The translations under genes were made by a program, and so were the position numbers. Under the pieces are notes generated by a model. It had not been told where the DNA came from and ran no database searches. It saw nothing but the letters and a program-made list of their open reading frames with translations. A stretch of DNA of 37,434 bases from Seison nebaliae (Eukaryota), in assembly GCA_023231475.1 (NCBI GenBank), contig JALJEE010000145.1, positions 124,001 to 161,434 of the forward strand. The letters are read 5' to 3'. Shown here one piece after another: positions 13,801 through 25,254 of this stretch. The first letter of the stretch is position 1; the number at the start of each line of letters is the position of its first letter.

Positions 13801-16800
13801 TATTTATTTAATTATCATGTAGATAATAATTGAATGGGGGTGATTGTAGTAAATGTAGGTGCGAATGATGGACGAATATGGATATTAATTAAATATATAG
13901 AATGGAAAATAACTTAATTTAGGAGAAGGTTAATAAATAGTATAAACAAATTAATATGAAGATAAAGTAAGAGGAAATGACGCATAAACTACTCTAATTT
14001 TAATTAAAATTAATAAAGAATGCATTTTTCATTGGAATATCAAATGAATTTTTCTCATATATTTCATTCGAATTAGAGAAAGTTTCTTTATATTCTTCAT
14101 TCTATTTTTTCCCCAACACAGAATATTTAATCATTCCTCCTGTCCTAATATAGGCTATTTCATTATGTTTCCATTATGAATAATTGAATAATTTCATCTA
14201 ATCAATAAAAGGAAAACCTTATCAAATAAATAAAGTTAAAAATAATAATAATAATCACATAATTTCCCGTAAGATTAATGTGAATAGCATTGAAGAATAA
14301 ATTTCTTTCATATCCCCTCCCGCCAATTCCCCTACAAAAACTTTACTATGATTCTTCTAATTTTCTTAGTACAAGTTCGACTGTATAAGAACCGTTTGTA
14401 TTTTATATTAACATCATACGTAAATTGAAATCGGACTAAATAAAATATTGGAAGAACATCTCTCATAAGATGAAAAAAATGTTATATGCGAACACGTTCA
14501 TTTTTTTAGGTTTCATTTGAAAAAGAAACTTTAAAATCATATCGCATCTTTGTCGTTGTAGTCATGAAGAAGAAAAAAGCTTTTTTGTGTTAAGATGAAA
14601 TTATGAGTATCTTCAAAAATTACCGGAAGTATCGTTACTTGTTTTCAATAAAAAATGATTGTTCATTTTTAAATCTTCAACATGCACTTTTTGTATGTTG
14701 GAAGAATGTAGACCTGAGGACGCAATTTTTCATATAACTGCATGAATACATTTAGTAGATGTGACAGACATTGACAGAAAATTTATTAAGGATTTTTAAA
14801 GATTAGGAACAACCAGTAAGGAAGGAAAGAGACATTTCATCCGAAAGTAACATAGAAGAATGTTAATCTAGCAGTCACTTTTTTCTCGTACGTAGGGAAA
14901 ATTATGTTCCATTTGTCCACCATCGCCCTTCAATATATGATCAGGATATTGAACTTAACCAAATGTGAATGTGTGAGGCTACATGTCTCGTCTACACTTT
15001 CATTCGATTGAGTCATGCAATCTGAACATGATGAATATATTTTTGTTTCAATAACTAGTTCTTGTAGTTAAGAGTAACGTAAGATAATGAATGTAATAAC
15101 TACGATTAAGATGATGTTTTGAAAATGGACGATTATATAATAGTGGAGAGAAGAATCTTTAACAACTCAATAGGAACCTTAAAAAAAACTAGTGATATAT
15201 CTGATCTTTAAAAACGAACGAAATGAGATAATAATATATCACTTTTGTAAAACGACTCCATTTAAACAAGAGATAGATGGACGAGATTCATCCATTCTCC
15301 CCCCATTACATGTAAACAATAAAAGAATAAATAGATACTTTTGTTAAGATGTCAATCATCTCATGCTAAATATGAAGTAATTTGACATTTAAGTTAAATT
15401 TTACATCTCTAATGCTAGAGAATAACTGGCATTGAGTGAAGAAGAAATAAGTTCGACCTACTACCATTATTATAAGAAAAAGAAAACCTATTAAATCTAT
15501 TTCGCTTACGATAACAAATAAAACTTTAGCAAGTTTAGAAGAATAATATTGACATTTTTCTTCTGTTTTTTTCTATAATAATAAATCTCAATTTCTTATT
15601 AAGAATTTCTTAGTATACATTTTTCATTCTTGTGTTGTTAATATGTAAGCGAAATGGTGATATGATTTAATTCTTTTCATTTTTTATAGCAATTGATTCA
15701 CTAGTTCACCAGGAATGAGTCTCCTTCTTAATTTTCTTGGTTTTTCTTCTTTCGGTTTGAAGATAATACATTATTTATACAACGGATGTATATTTGGTCG
15801 GATTATAAGAAAAGGAAAGTACTTTAATTATTTATCATTCGATTAAGTTTTATTATTACAAAATATATAATTATAATTTATAAATACAAAATCAAGTTTA
15901 CGTAATCCTCAGTTATTTCTATGACTGTAATTGTTACAAACGTCTTCAATCGGTGTTAGATAGGATGAATTGGGAGGAATGTACTTTAAACATTATCATT
16001 TATTTCCATCATGAAAATTTACAAATCGTCCTTACAATTATTTATGCAACATTTGTTCCAATTTTTCTTTACCTTAGATGTTTTTGTTTCATGATATTCA
16101 CCTCTTTTAAATTTTGATTATTTTTATTATGATTCCTAATATTATTATTATGATGATGAGAAATGATTATTGTTATCATCGATATAAAATCAATATTATT
16201 CAAGTATTTCGAAGAATCTCTTCAATGACATCTTCCTTTCAAACAAAAAAGAAATTGTTGTTAGAAACTTCTTCTTCTTCTTCTTCTCACATTGGATGAG
16301 ATATTATGAGAAATTCTACTAACTCAGGTATGGAGGAAGCATTTTGCCAAATGACATTCATATTCCAATTATTTGAAGAATCGTTTATTTCCCGTTTTCT
16401 TTCGTCATTTAAAGTTTTCGTCGAATGATTTGGTTGACTGTTATCGGAAATACGTTCTATAGGTTTCTGTGTTTTTCTGTGAAGAAGAAGAGAATGGAAA
16501 TGATATAATACGGAATAATCTTTTAATAAATTTGAAAGAATCTACAAAATATCTCTGTTTGTTCGGATAGTCGTTCGTACAATTAAGAATGAATTCAATT
16601 AAGAATGGAAGATAATAATATAGTACTATTAAAGAAGATATGATATCATCAGTGCAAATAGATATTAAATTCGAGTATGAATATTACGACAAATTTAATA
16701 TGGGAAAAAGTAATTTTGGTCTAATATTAGATAGTAATTTTTCCGTAGTCTCACATCGGCCTACTACTGATACTGGGAAGTAAGAAGAGAGACTAACAGT

Positions 16801-19232
16801 TAGTAAGTGAGTGAATGATAAAGAAGAAAAGTATTAGCAATTGATTTCTCTCATCAATTGTTTTTGAATGAGCTCTTAGAACATAAAGGTAAATGAAAAT
16901 GGAAAGAATGATTTTCCTTCAACTTTTGTCGACAAATATTTGGTACGTGAGAAAAAAAACTTTGGGAGTTTTCTTTCTCCCATTTTGATGCATTGCCTAA
17001 TTATTGAGTTTGGCATCTTAAACTTAACATTAGTTATATCATACGAATGGAAAATAAGCACTATCTCCCATCATCTTTACCATTATTATGATGATGATTG
17101 CCATGATAATGCTCAGCGCCTATACAATAAAATATGTACATTTATTAGAAGTAATACTGAATAAAAAGTCGAATGAATGTCAGCACGAGATTCCTTCCAT
17201 AGAGATGTTTTAGAGATTGAATTAGATCTTCTCATTTCATTCTATGTTACCTCACCTTCGGTGAGTTTTTCAGGAAAAAAACTGTAGCGGAAAAAATTGG
17301 TTAAATTTATTTGTTGCTTACGCCCAAATTGTGTTCAATATTGAATAGGAGGATTGATGTTGGACATAATAATTATATCTATTCGTTAAATAGACTTTTG
17401 GATAACTTTTGCCCAGTCGACGTTTTTCCGACGATCATTCTCAAATAGAAGTTGAGTAAGTTCAACTCAAATTTAACAAGCCGATTACGAAACGAAATTA
17501 TTGTTGTGTTATTCAGTTACATTGTCGAATGTGAAAAATGTGAAAATTGTTGATGGGCAAACATTATTAGTTTTATCTTCTTTCCAATTATTATTTGTGC
17601 CTTTTACATCATTTCCGTTACAGATCATAAAGATTACCATGGGAAAGAACATAGTTAAAAAGAATGCTCACCTCTTCCAATGATCGGTTGTGCTAATTGA
17701 TTCTTTTAAAAAAAATGATTTTCATCCTCCATTCACCATTAGTCTTCACTTACTTGATGAGTAATCGGAAAATATAAACAACTTTAGCTTATCTGTCGAT
17801 TTCCTTTCAAATCAGGTTTATTTAAAAATATTGGAATAACCACTTGTGATGTTAATATCTGGATATTGGGATTATTCTAATAATTTATTCCGCCATGTAA
17901 CTTTCAGATTACCATGATCTTTTTTAAAATAATTTCACGGAAGATTAATGAATATTTCTATATAACATGAAATTTATCTGATTTCTGAGCAATTTTTTTA
18001 CTGATTCAATTTCTACTTTCTATTAATTACAAATTCAACAAAACATAATGGTTTCCACGAATGGAATAAAATAATAATTAAGTGACTAAATAAAATGATG
18101 GTTTTGAAAGAGAATAATGTGAATTTGAATGAGAAAAGGATTTTCAATAAATAATCCGAAATTAAATTTTGAAATTTACTATTTGTTCGCTATTACTCTA
18201 AATACTTTTCAAAATAAGAATAGTCAACATAAATAACTTTTTAGTAGTAGATTTCCTTTTGGGGGGACAGTTCGTCTGCTGACCCTGAATATAAATATTG
18301 CTAGCACGCTGTCTTCCATTCGTTCCCGGCCTTCCCATGTAGTTTCCACCACGACTTGTTAATGAATGCATAATTTCTTCAAATTCGATTCAAATGCTCG
18401 TGTGATTTGTTAATAAGACATCTGTTGCATAAACAAAATGTTTCTTGATGATTTATTTTGTTTGTTCATCATTATTCTCATAATGACTATTGATGGAATT
18501 GTTGGTAATGATTATGATGATCATGAATAATAGAAATCATTTAAGATTGATTTATTCGTGTTCCATGCGATAGGAAAAAATGAAAAATCTGACACACTCA
18601 AACGACGGTCATCTAATTCGAAAAATAAAGAGAAACATTAATCGACAAAATATGACACAAAATAACGAGATTCTATTAAAATTTCCTGATCATCATAATG
18701 TTGTTCGAAAGGAGAATGAATATAGTGACGTAGTTTAGTTGAAATAAATGGGAGAATTCCTTTGAGATTCGGATAAGTCAGTTTATTTTTATTAGTTTAG
18801 TTCATCGACTTTCTAATATTGATCGTTAAAGAACATCTTCTTCCATAACAAACATTAATGAAGTAAAACAAATTAAACGGAACCACTTCAATATTTTAGG
18901 AGAAAACTAAATTAAAAACAAATATATAGGGAATGTTAATGATTATGAGTTTTAAGATGGAAGGAAATTTTTTTGTTTTTGACAGAAATATTTTATTAAT
19001 TTTCTTTCTTTCTTATAACAATAGACGACATGAAATGGATCGACAATTAAAAAAAAAATTGAATGATAATGTAAAGAGTTCGACGAATTTGCTTCGAGAA
19101 AAATTGAAATCGATGAAAGAGTCAAGAAAACAAGCGAACATTATTGAAAAGAACGACATCATTGATGATGAAGCGGAACGAAACGATACCCAGATGGCGC
19201 AATTGTTGGAGTATAAGGTTCGATTTGAATAA
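1895..19232 (+). CDS. CFAP99: Cilia- and flagella-associated protein 99
   Basis: Exons 1895-1999, 2042-2204, 2254-2348, 2394-2506, 2548-2698, 2738-2842, 2887-3187, 3393-3537, 3584-3719, 3766-4079 and (inferred) 19025-19232 join in one open frame with GT-AG introns. Motifs KLNTATILREGA, LRGKISYEEA and LDLTTTGGYGFLNEISIFELRERL match CFAP99. The distal exon is less certain; an alternative end uses intron 19218-19292 and a stop at 19322. Confidence 0.85.
4388..18371 (-). CDS. Uncharacterised ~1430-aa protein with two TM helices and long N/Q/S/T-rich disordered regions, nested antisense within CFAP99
   Basis: join(18371..18284,9408..8815,7998..4388) = 4293 nt = 1431 codons. Both introns (9409-18283, 7999-8814) are phase 1 and GT-AG. 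Hydrophobic segments LVLVFMAAIVVVLLVCVTCVTLA and FLMYISISLFVALMLIGVVVLAF. The 1192-aa ORF is robust; the first exon is inferred. Confidence 0.75.
7046..7078 (-). repeat. Coding (AAY)n microsatellite giving poly-Asn
   Basis: gttgttgttgttgttgttattgttattattgtt on the plus strand; poly-N run in the translation. Confidence 0.85.
10901..10935. repeat. Imperfect (TCAC)n microsatellite
   Basis: ctcactcactcattcactcactcactctctcactc. Confidence 0.8.
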
Positions 19233-19880
19233 TCTGTTTGATGCTTTGTTGATTTTGTAAAATGAGCTACTTTACTATTTTTCATAATTTAGTATTTCAT
19301 AAGTACCATTTTAGGTACATAGTTGATGGGAAGTAGCTCCATGATTTTGTTAATTAATTTGATTTACTTAATGTCTTGTTCGTTTTCATACGTTCTTCTT
19401 TTTCTATGACAATTTCATCATTTTGGGATTAAATCAGATTTAAATTGAACTTAAGATTACATTAGGAATACTTTCCCATGTTCTTCAGATGAATCGATTT
19501 AATCGATGGGAAATAGAAAGGAAATTGTCTTGAAGTTCTTGGATGGAGTAGAGAATTGGGAGGAAAGTTGAGAGGTAATGTTAATGTAGTTGAGAACGAT
19601 TTGCATTCAATTATGTAGAGATTAAGATGAGAACCATAAGATAAGTTCAGATATGGATGGGAATACCTAACGAATGTCAATAACTTTTATATTCTTCTTC
19701 TCTCAAAATACTGTGAATAAAAGCACCGAATCATAGATACATAGAATCATTCAGTTAATAAGAAAGAAAGAAGAATGATGAGAACAACAATTCTCATTAA
19801 GTGAATATGGTGGGTAGAATGCATTATTACATAAGATTAGAGAAACAACAATTATCTGAATCTTACATAATTCATCTATG

Positions 19881-19928
19881 CAACAACAACATCAACAACA
19901 ATAACAACAATAATAATATATATATATA
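19881..19928. repeat. Compound (CAA)n/(TAA)n/(TA)n microsatellite
   Basis: caacaacaacatcaacaacaataacaacaataataatatatatata. Confidence 0.75.
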
Positions 19929-21487
19929 ATAGGAGATTCATTATGTACATCTCCGACGACACATGAAATATGCTGCTGGTCAAACGAACATTGTCGAACT
20001 GAGAGTCAATGGCTTTCCCATTATGGTTACGGTCGAGATGTTGGTGTTGTTCTTATTTCTCGTCAATGGAATTACGTCATTTACATGCAATTGAATGGAA
20101 ATGAAATGGAAAGATATAAATCATTTTCTAATGGCCCAATAAATCGACTAATTATTAATTGCTTATTTAATTCAATAATTAGGAGGAAGAATTCATCGAT
20201 TGTCTCTCTTCGGCCGATGTGATTCGATCGGGGGATGTGATGAATGGTTTTGAGGAGAAAAATGGATATAATTCACTTCGTCTTCTCTACTCTCCCTTAA
20301 ACGCAATATGGTGTGTTCAGCAGCAAAAGGAAGAAGTTATTCTAAAGCAATGTTGTTGATACGATCAATTACTATTCTATACTTGTTCATTTACATTCTA
20401 CCCAATTGCGAGATATTTCTCAAAGAAGAAAAACTGATGAACACACATATCCTAACGTCTTAAAATTCCGCATAATATTGTTTCTGATTATATAATCTCG
20501 TGTTCATTAGTAGGTTCAATTCTCTTTCGAATCGAACAAATCGAACATATCTCCCTCCCAACAACATCTTCTACTTATTAGGAAGCGATCTTCTTTTCTT
20601 TCTTCTTTATGACATCGTCCTCCAACTTCGCTTCATTTCACTTTTATAATTGTTTCGTACAACAGAATCAACATATGGCGTCATGAGTCGAATAGAAGCG
20701 ATCCAACTCCAATCTCCCAAGTACTTTCTCCCCTATCGTGAGTCGTGTCGAAATGTTGTGACAATATATCTATTGATTGGGAAGATTGAAACCATTTTTA
20801 TCAATTAATTCACGAGCAATATTATCCTTCAATCTTATTACACCACCATCATTACTAATCTTATTAAAATAAAGTATCTGTATTTCCCAATTAGTATTTG
20901 ACAATTATTTCATATTTTAAACTAACTCCTCCATAACAATAGTTCAATTTTTTATGAGGAAATAGAGAAATGAAAATAAAATTTTCAAATAACAAACATC
21001 GAAATAACAACTAGACCATCACGTTCAACAACAAATATAAATCAATCGGTAGTCAGATATGAATTCATATAGCAAACTAACATATTTCCAGCACAAACAT
21101 GTTGTGCTCCGATTCATGTCACATTCCATTCTCCTATCCCGAAACATCAGTTTCCAGTAAAGAGAATTTATTGATCGATTTATATATTCCAAATAAATGT
21201 CATGTATTTATCAATTAGAATTTCGCTAACAATTAACAAATATTTATGGTAAAATCAATTTTTCAAGAAAAAAAATACTATAAGAAAATCGTCTATTGGA
21301 ACTTGTTTCGTCTTCGAATAATTCCTTTGGAATATTCATTGAACAAATAAATAATTTTATGAATTTCTTCTTCTGTAAACGTTTCCAGCTCATATAACAA
21401 ATGATATTTATTGAATTAAATTTGAAGATATTTTTGAAATTTATATACAAATTAGAAATCATAGCCGCTGATTCTTTCTCTTATAAT

Positions 21488-22747
21488 ATGTTAAATATTG
21501 TGAGTAAATCGCAAATTTCTTTCGTTCGATCCGCAGCTTTCTACAATTCGATTTCAGCGAAAGAATTATGGGAAAGTGTATCGGCTGTATCAGCCGCTGG
21601 TCGCAAGAAAGGTCGTGGCAAAGCAAGAGGTAAATCGGGAGTGAAGAATTTGAATTTAGGACAAAAGATTGGAGTTGGACGAGAAGACATCGAACTTCCC
21701 GGACTGAATACTTTACTCATCAAGAATGATAGTATTAGTCGCTTGAAATTAATGGAGAAAAACAACGAGAATAATTATCAAGAAGAATTAGCAGAATTGC
21801 GAAATAAAATGGATCGTTTCCGCAAATTGTCATTATCACCATTTGATCGTGGTTATACTGGTGGGTCATTATCCGGTCGTCGTATAGGAACTCCCGATCT
21901 TCCTTCACATTTAACTAGTGAAGTGCAGAAGAAAATTTTTGACAGTTTTTCCTCGAAAATTCTCGAATACAAAAATGTTTTCAGTGTGACAGCGAATGAA
22001 GGAAGAAAGAAACGTGCCAGTTGTTTTGCCATCAGTGGAAATGGTAAAGGTTTAGCAGGTTTTGCTTTGGGTAAAGCATTGGAAAAGAGAACGGCGACGA
22101 AATTGGCAAAAAATCGAACTATGAATAATTTGCTATATATTCCCTTATATGAGAATCGTACCGTTTTCCATAATTTTCAAACGGAATTTTTCTTCGTAAA
22201 AATGATAGTTGAACAAAAACCCAAAGGGTATGGCTTATCTTGTCATCGAGTCATTAAAACGATTTGTGAACATATTGGAATAAAAGATTTACGAGTCAAA
22301 TTAGAAGGATCATCCAATCCTCAATGTATCACCAAAGCATTCTTTATGGGACTATTAAATCAAGAGACACATTTGGATATTGCCAATCGGAAGAAATTGC
22401 ATGTGATTATTCAAAGACCAGAATCTGATTGGTATCCACAATTATTGGCATCGCCAACAACTGAGATAGTTCGACAGAATGTTGATGAATTAGATCACGA
22501 TATAGAAGAAACGGATTTCGATCGAACCGTAATGGATGGTCGAGTACCATTGAAAAAAGGGAAACCATTACCGTTTTATACGAAATTAGATGGTTGGAAG
22601 AAATATTTGAGACGGAGTCTCCCCCGACGAAATCAACGACAATCGAAAATAGATAGATTAAGTTTAATTGATGATACATCGGAATTTTATAAGGATTTTC
22701 GTTATCCATCCTCACCATCTGATGGTAATGGAAAAGACGCAAATTAA
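21488..22747 (+). CDS. MRPS5: Mitochondrial ribosomal protein S5 (uS5m), single exon
   Basis: Motifs AKELWESVSAVSAAGRKKGRGK, NLNLGQKIGVG, ISGNGKGLAGFALGKA and GYGLSCHRVIKTICEHIGIKDL. Start placed at ATG 21488 (MLNIVSKSQISFVRSA, presequence-like) rather than 21401. Confidence 0.95.
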   Translation: MLNIVSKSQISFVRSAAFYNSISAKELWESVSAVSAAGRKKGRGKARGKSGVKNLNLGQKIGVGREDIELPGLNTLLIKNDSISRLKLMEKNNENNYQEELAELRNKMDRFRKLSLSPFDRGYTGGSLSGRRIGTPDLPSHLTSEVQKKIFDSFSSKILEYKNVFSVTANEGRKKRASCFAISGNGKGLAGFALGKALEKRTATKLAKNRTMNNLLYIPLYENRTVFHNFQTEFFFVKMIVEQKPKGYGLSCHRVIKTICEHIGIKDLRVKLEGSSNPQCITKAFFMGLLNQETHLDIANRKKLHVIIQRPESDWYPQLLASPTTEIVRQNVDELDHDIEETDFDRTVMDGRVPLKKGKPLPFYTKLDGWKKYLRRSLPRRNQRQSKIDRLSLIDDTSEFYKDFRYPSSPSDGNGKDAN

Positions 22748-22766
22748 TGATTTTCATTTGAATATT

Positions 22767-24288
22767 TTAGAAGATGTCAATAAACGGAAGTACTCTTTCT
22801 TTATCCTTCTCATCGATCTCTTCATTCAAATGATATTTCTTTATCAGTTTCGTTGAGAAATTGGAAGCTGATGCAAACAGTTTCGCACCTAACCACGCCG
22901 CATATAATGCGAGTACTGTCGGTGTTTTGTGCATAGCAAATCGAGTAATTGATAAACGACTCGAATATTTCTTATCATTTACAATTGAATAAGATTCGGC
23001 TAGAATTCGCTTAGAAAATCCTTCGGCATCACCCATTCCACCAATAACAACGATATTATTCGCTAATTCTATTCGATTATCGATCGGACTCTTAATCAGA
23101 CTTTCCATTATCATCTCTGGTAATGATAATTCATTTGCCAATTGTGAAATCAATTCTACTTCTTCGTCTTTCTCTTCAAACTCTTCTCTCTCATGTCCAT
23201 ATAATTCGAAATATTCCGGATTGAAAACTAATTCATAAATCAATTCACTTAAAGAAAAAAAATTTTAAAATTTAAAAATTTTTAAATAACCGAATCATTC
23301 CAGGAATTTCTAATATACCTTCATTCATATGATATTTCATCATTTCACATTTATCTAACTAGAATAAGAAACTTCAAAAATAGAATTAGAGAAAAGTCGA
23401 GAAACATCTTCCAATTCAAATTTCTCTTCAGATTCTTCCGTTTGTTTAAGGAATAACGATTGACGATTAGCAGCGAAAATCTTTCCCCGAATATGACTAG
23501 CGACGAAACAACATCGAACTATTTTAAGAAATATTTTTATGACGAATATTGTCAAAACGTTTTAGAAACTTTTAATATCTTCGATAGTTTTTTGTGAAAT
23601 TTCAAAATTCTCCAAAGATTTCAACGAAACCAATTCACCAGAAGAGAATAGTTTAATAAATGCATGTTTCTTCAATTGAATTCTTAGTAATTTGTTTATT
23701 GAGCGACTACTTTTCTCACTATAATGTATCGCTGACGACACAACATATCCATTAACGACTGGTGTAATTCTCATATCGTCATATCCACAATCGATCACAA
23801 TACCAGTCGGCCGAGCTAGAGTATACAATGGAGCAATTTCAGTTTGAATAAAAGTTAATGAATTTATCTAAATTTTCTTCACATTAACAGTTAATGGAGA
23901 GGAGAAAGAAGAAACTTTAAATTTTTTTAACAACGTCCACACCATCCATCTTCTCTGCTTCTCCATCGATAACAAAGAATCGATAATTATTATAGTTGTT
24001 CGTTCTTTACTCAATCCGAATCTCATAAATAAAATATTTATCATCAGACGACGAAATTCTTTCTTAAATTCTTTCTCATCTCGGATTTCTCTTATCGATT
24101 TTCCGCTCGTTGTCGTAAAGTCGATTACATGTGACGGTGCTAACGATGTTTTCAATCCACATCTTTATATCGATTAAATATTGAAATGACGTATCTCATA
24201 TGAAAATTAGAAAGTTCCAAAACTTTATTTTCGATGTGCCTATATCAAGGATGACACAAGTATTCTGCAAGTTCAAAATGTTATCCAT
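22767..24288 (-). CDS. ACTR10: Actin-related protein 10 (dynactin Arp11)
   Basis: Six exons; introns 24163-24223, 23868-23915, 23519-23569, 23359-23405 and 23248-23290, all GTT..AG. Actin-fold motifs VILDIGTSKIKCG, GIVIDCGY, EDIKIRCCFV, LANNIVVIGG and AAWLGAKLF. Confidence 0.85.
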
Positions 24289-24397
24289 TTGCTTGATCAA
24301 TACTTCCACCAGATGTTCTACTAATTGAGAAAACATTAAATTTTTCTACACATAACATTCTAATAATAATTCTGAAATTTCAACAATTATCTTTCGT

Positions 24398-24736
24398 TTA
24401 TCTTTTCATATTTCTAGCTTCGTTCTTTATTAATTTATCTTGCTTTCCAAAATGTTCTTTTTCGCGATATAGTCTTGGCCAATCAATTGTCTTCCGACCA
24501 GGTCCTAAAATGGCAAAAGCTACTAAACTGAAAACAAAAAGCCAGATGGAAATTATTATGATATTAAAATGTATTTTGTATATTGTCCATAGGTGATTTC
24601 CCATAACCATCTTTTTAGAATATTTTTGTTTAAAATACTCATATAATATTATAAGGAATAAATATTGGTTAGACATTGTCAAAAGACGAAATTTTGTTCG
24701 TGATATTAGGCTTATCATAAAATCCGTCACATTCAT
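24398..24736 (-). CDS. Hypothetical small single-pass membrane protein
   Basis: 112-aa ORF with one hydrophobic stretch (IIIISIWLFVFSLVAFAIL) and a charged tail. Start codon uncertain; no family recognised. Confidence 0.4.
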   Translation of the reverse strand: MNVTDFMISLISRTKFRLLTMSNQYLFLIILYEYFKQKYSKKMVMGNHLWTIYKIHFNIIIISIWLFVFSLVAFAILGPGRKTIDWPRLYREKEHFGKQDKLIKNEARNMKR

Positions 24737-25254
24737 ATTATGGATATATAATTTTTTGAAACAAAAAATATATCTTATTTATCTTCATTTGGACATAGTT
24801 ACCATTTACATCAACATCGAATAATATTAAACAATCTAAGGCATACGAATTTCGTACATTTTGACGTAACAAATGGAAACAAACAACAGGTACTAGGAAA
24901 TTGGACGGAAACTTTAATTACAATTTTTCTATTACATCAAAGTTCTATTAGCTTAAGTAATAAACAATAAGATTAGAAAATATGGAGCTTAACGTAACTT
25001 GGCTTAAACTTTCGTCATTTTTTAATATTCTTCCATGTTCAACATTACTCGAGGCATACAAATGAAAGACTTTGTCGAATAACAATTTAGTTTTTAATTG
25101 GATAGGAAATTGAGCTAAATGAACTTTCGAAATTTTAGATAAAAGACAATTTCGTTTGACGTAATTCAGCTAATATAGACATTTGATGTTTTTTTAGGGG
25201 ACAAAATTTGCCCATAAATAGAAAGAAAATTGTAAAAATATTGAAATTAATAAA

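Noticed and set aside
17251..17270. CTCACCTTCGGTGAG hairpin followed by a T-run, resembling an intrinsic terminator
   Set aside because: The stem is short enough to arise by chance, and the context is a eukaryotic intron.
9690..17683. Numerous 60-122 aa ORFs in the track
   Set aside because: Their I/F/L/K-rich composition is expected from AT-rich intronic DNA; many use TTG starts and none has a recognisable motif.
21401..21487. Longer MRPS5 N-terminus from the ATG at 21401
   Set aside because: The extra residues look like AT-rich upstream sequence; ATG 21488 gives a more plausible presequence.
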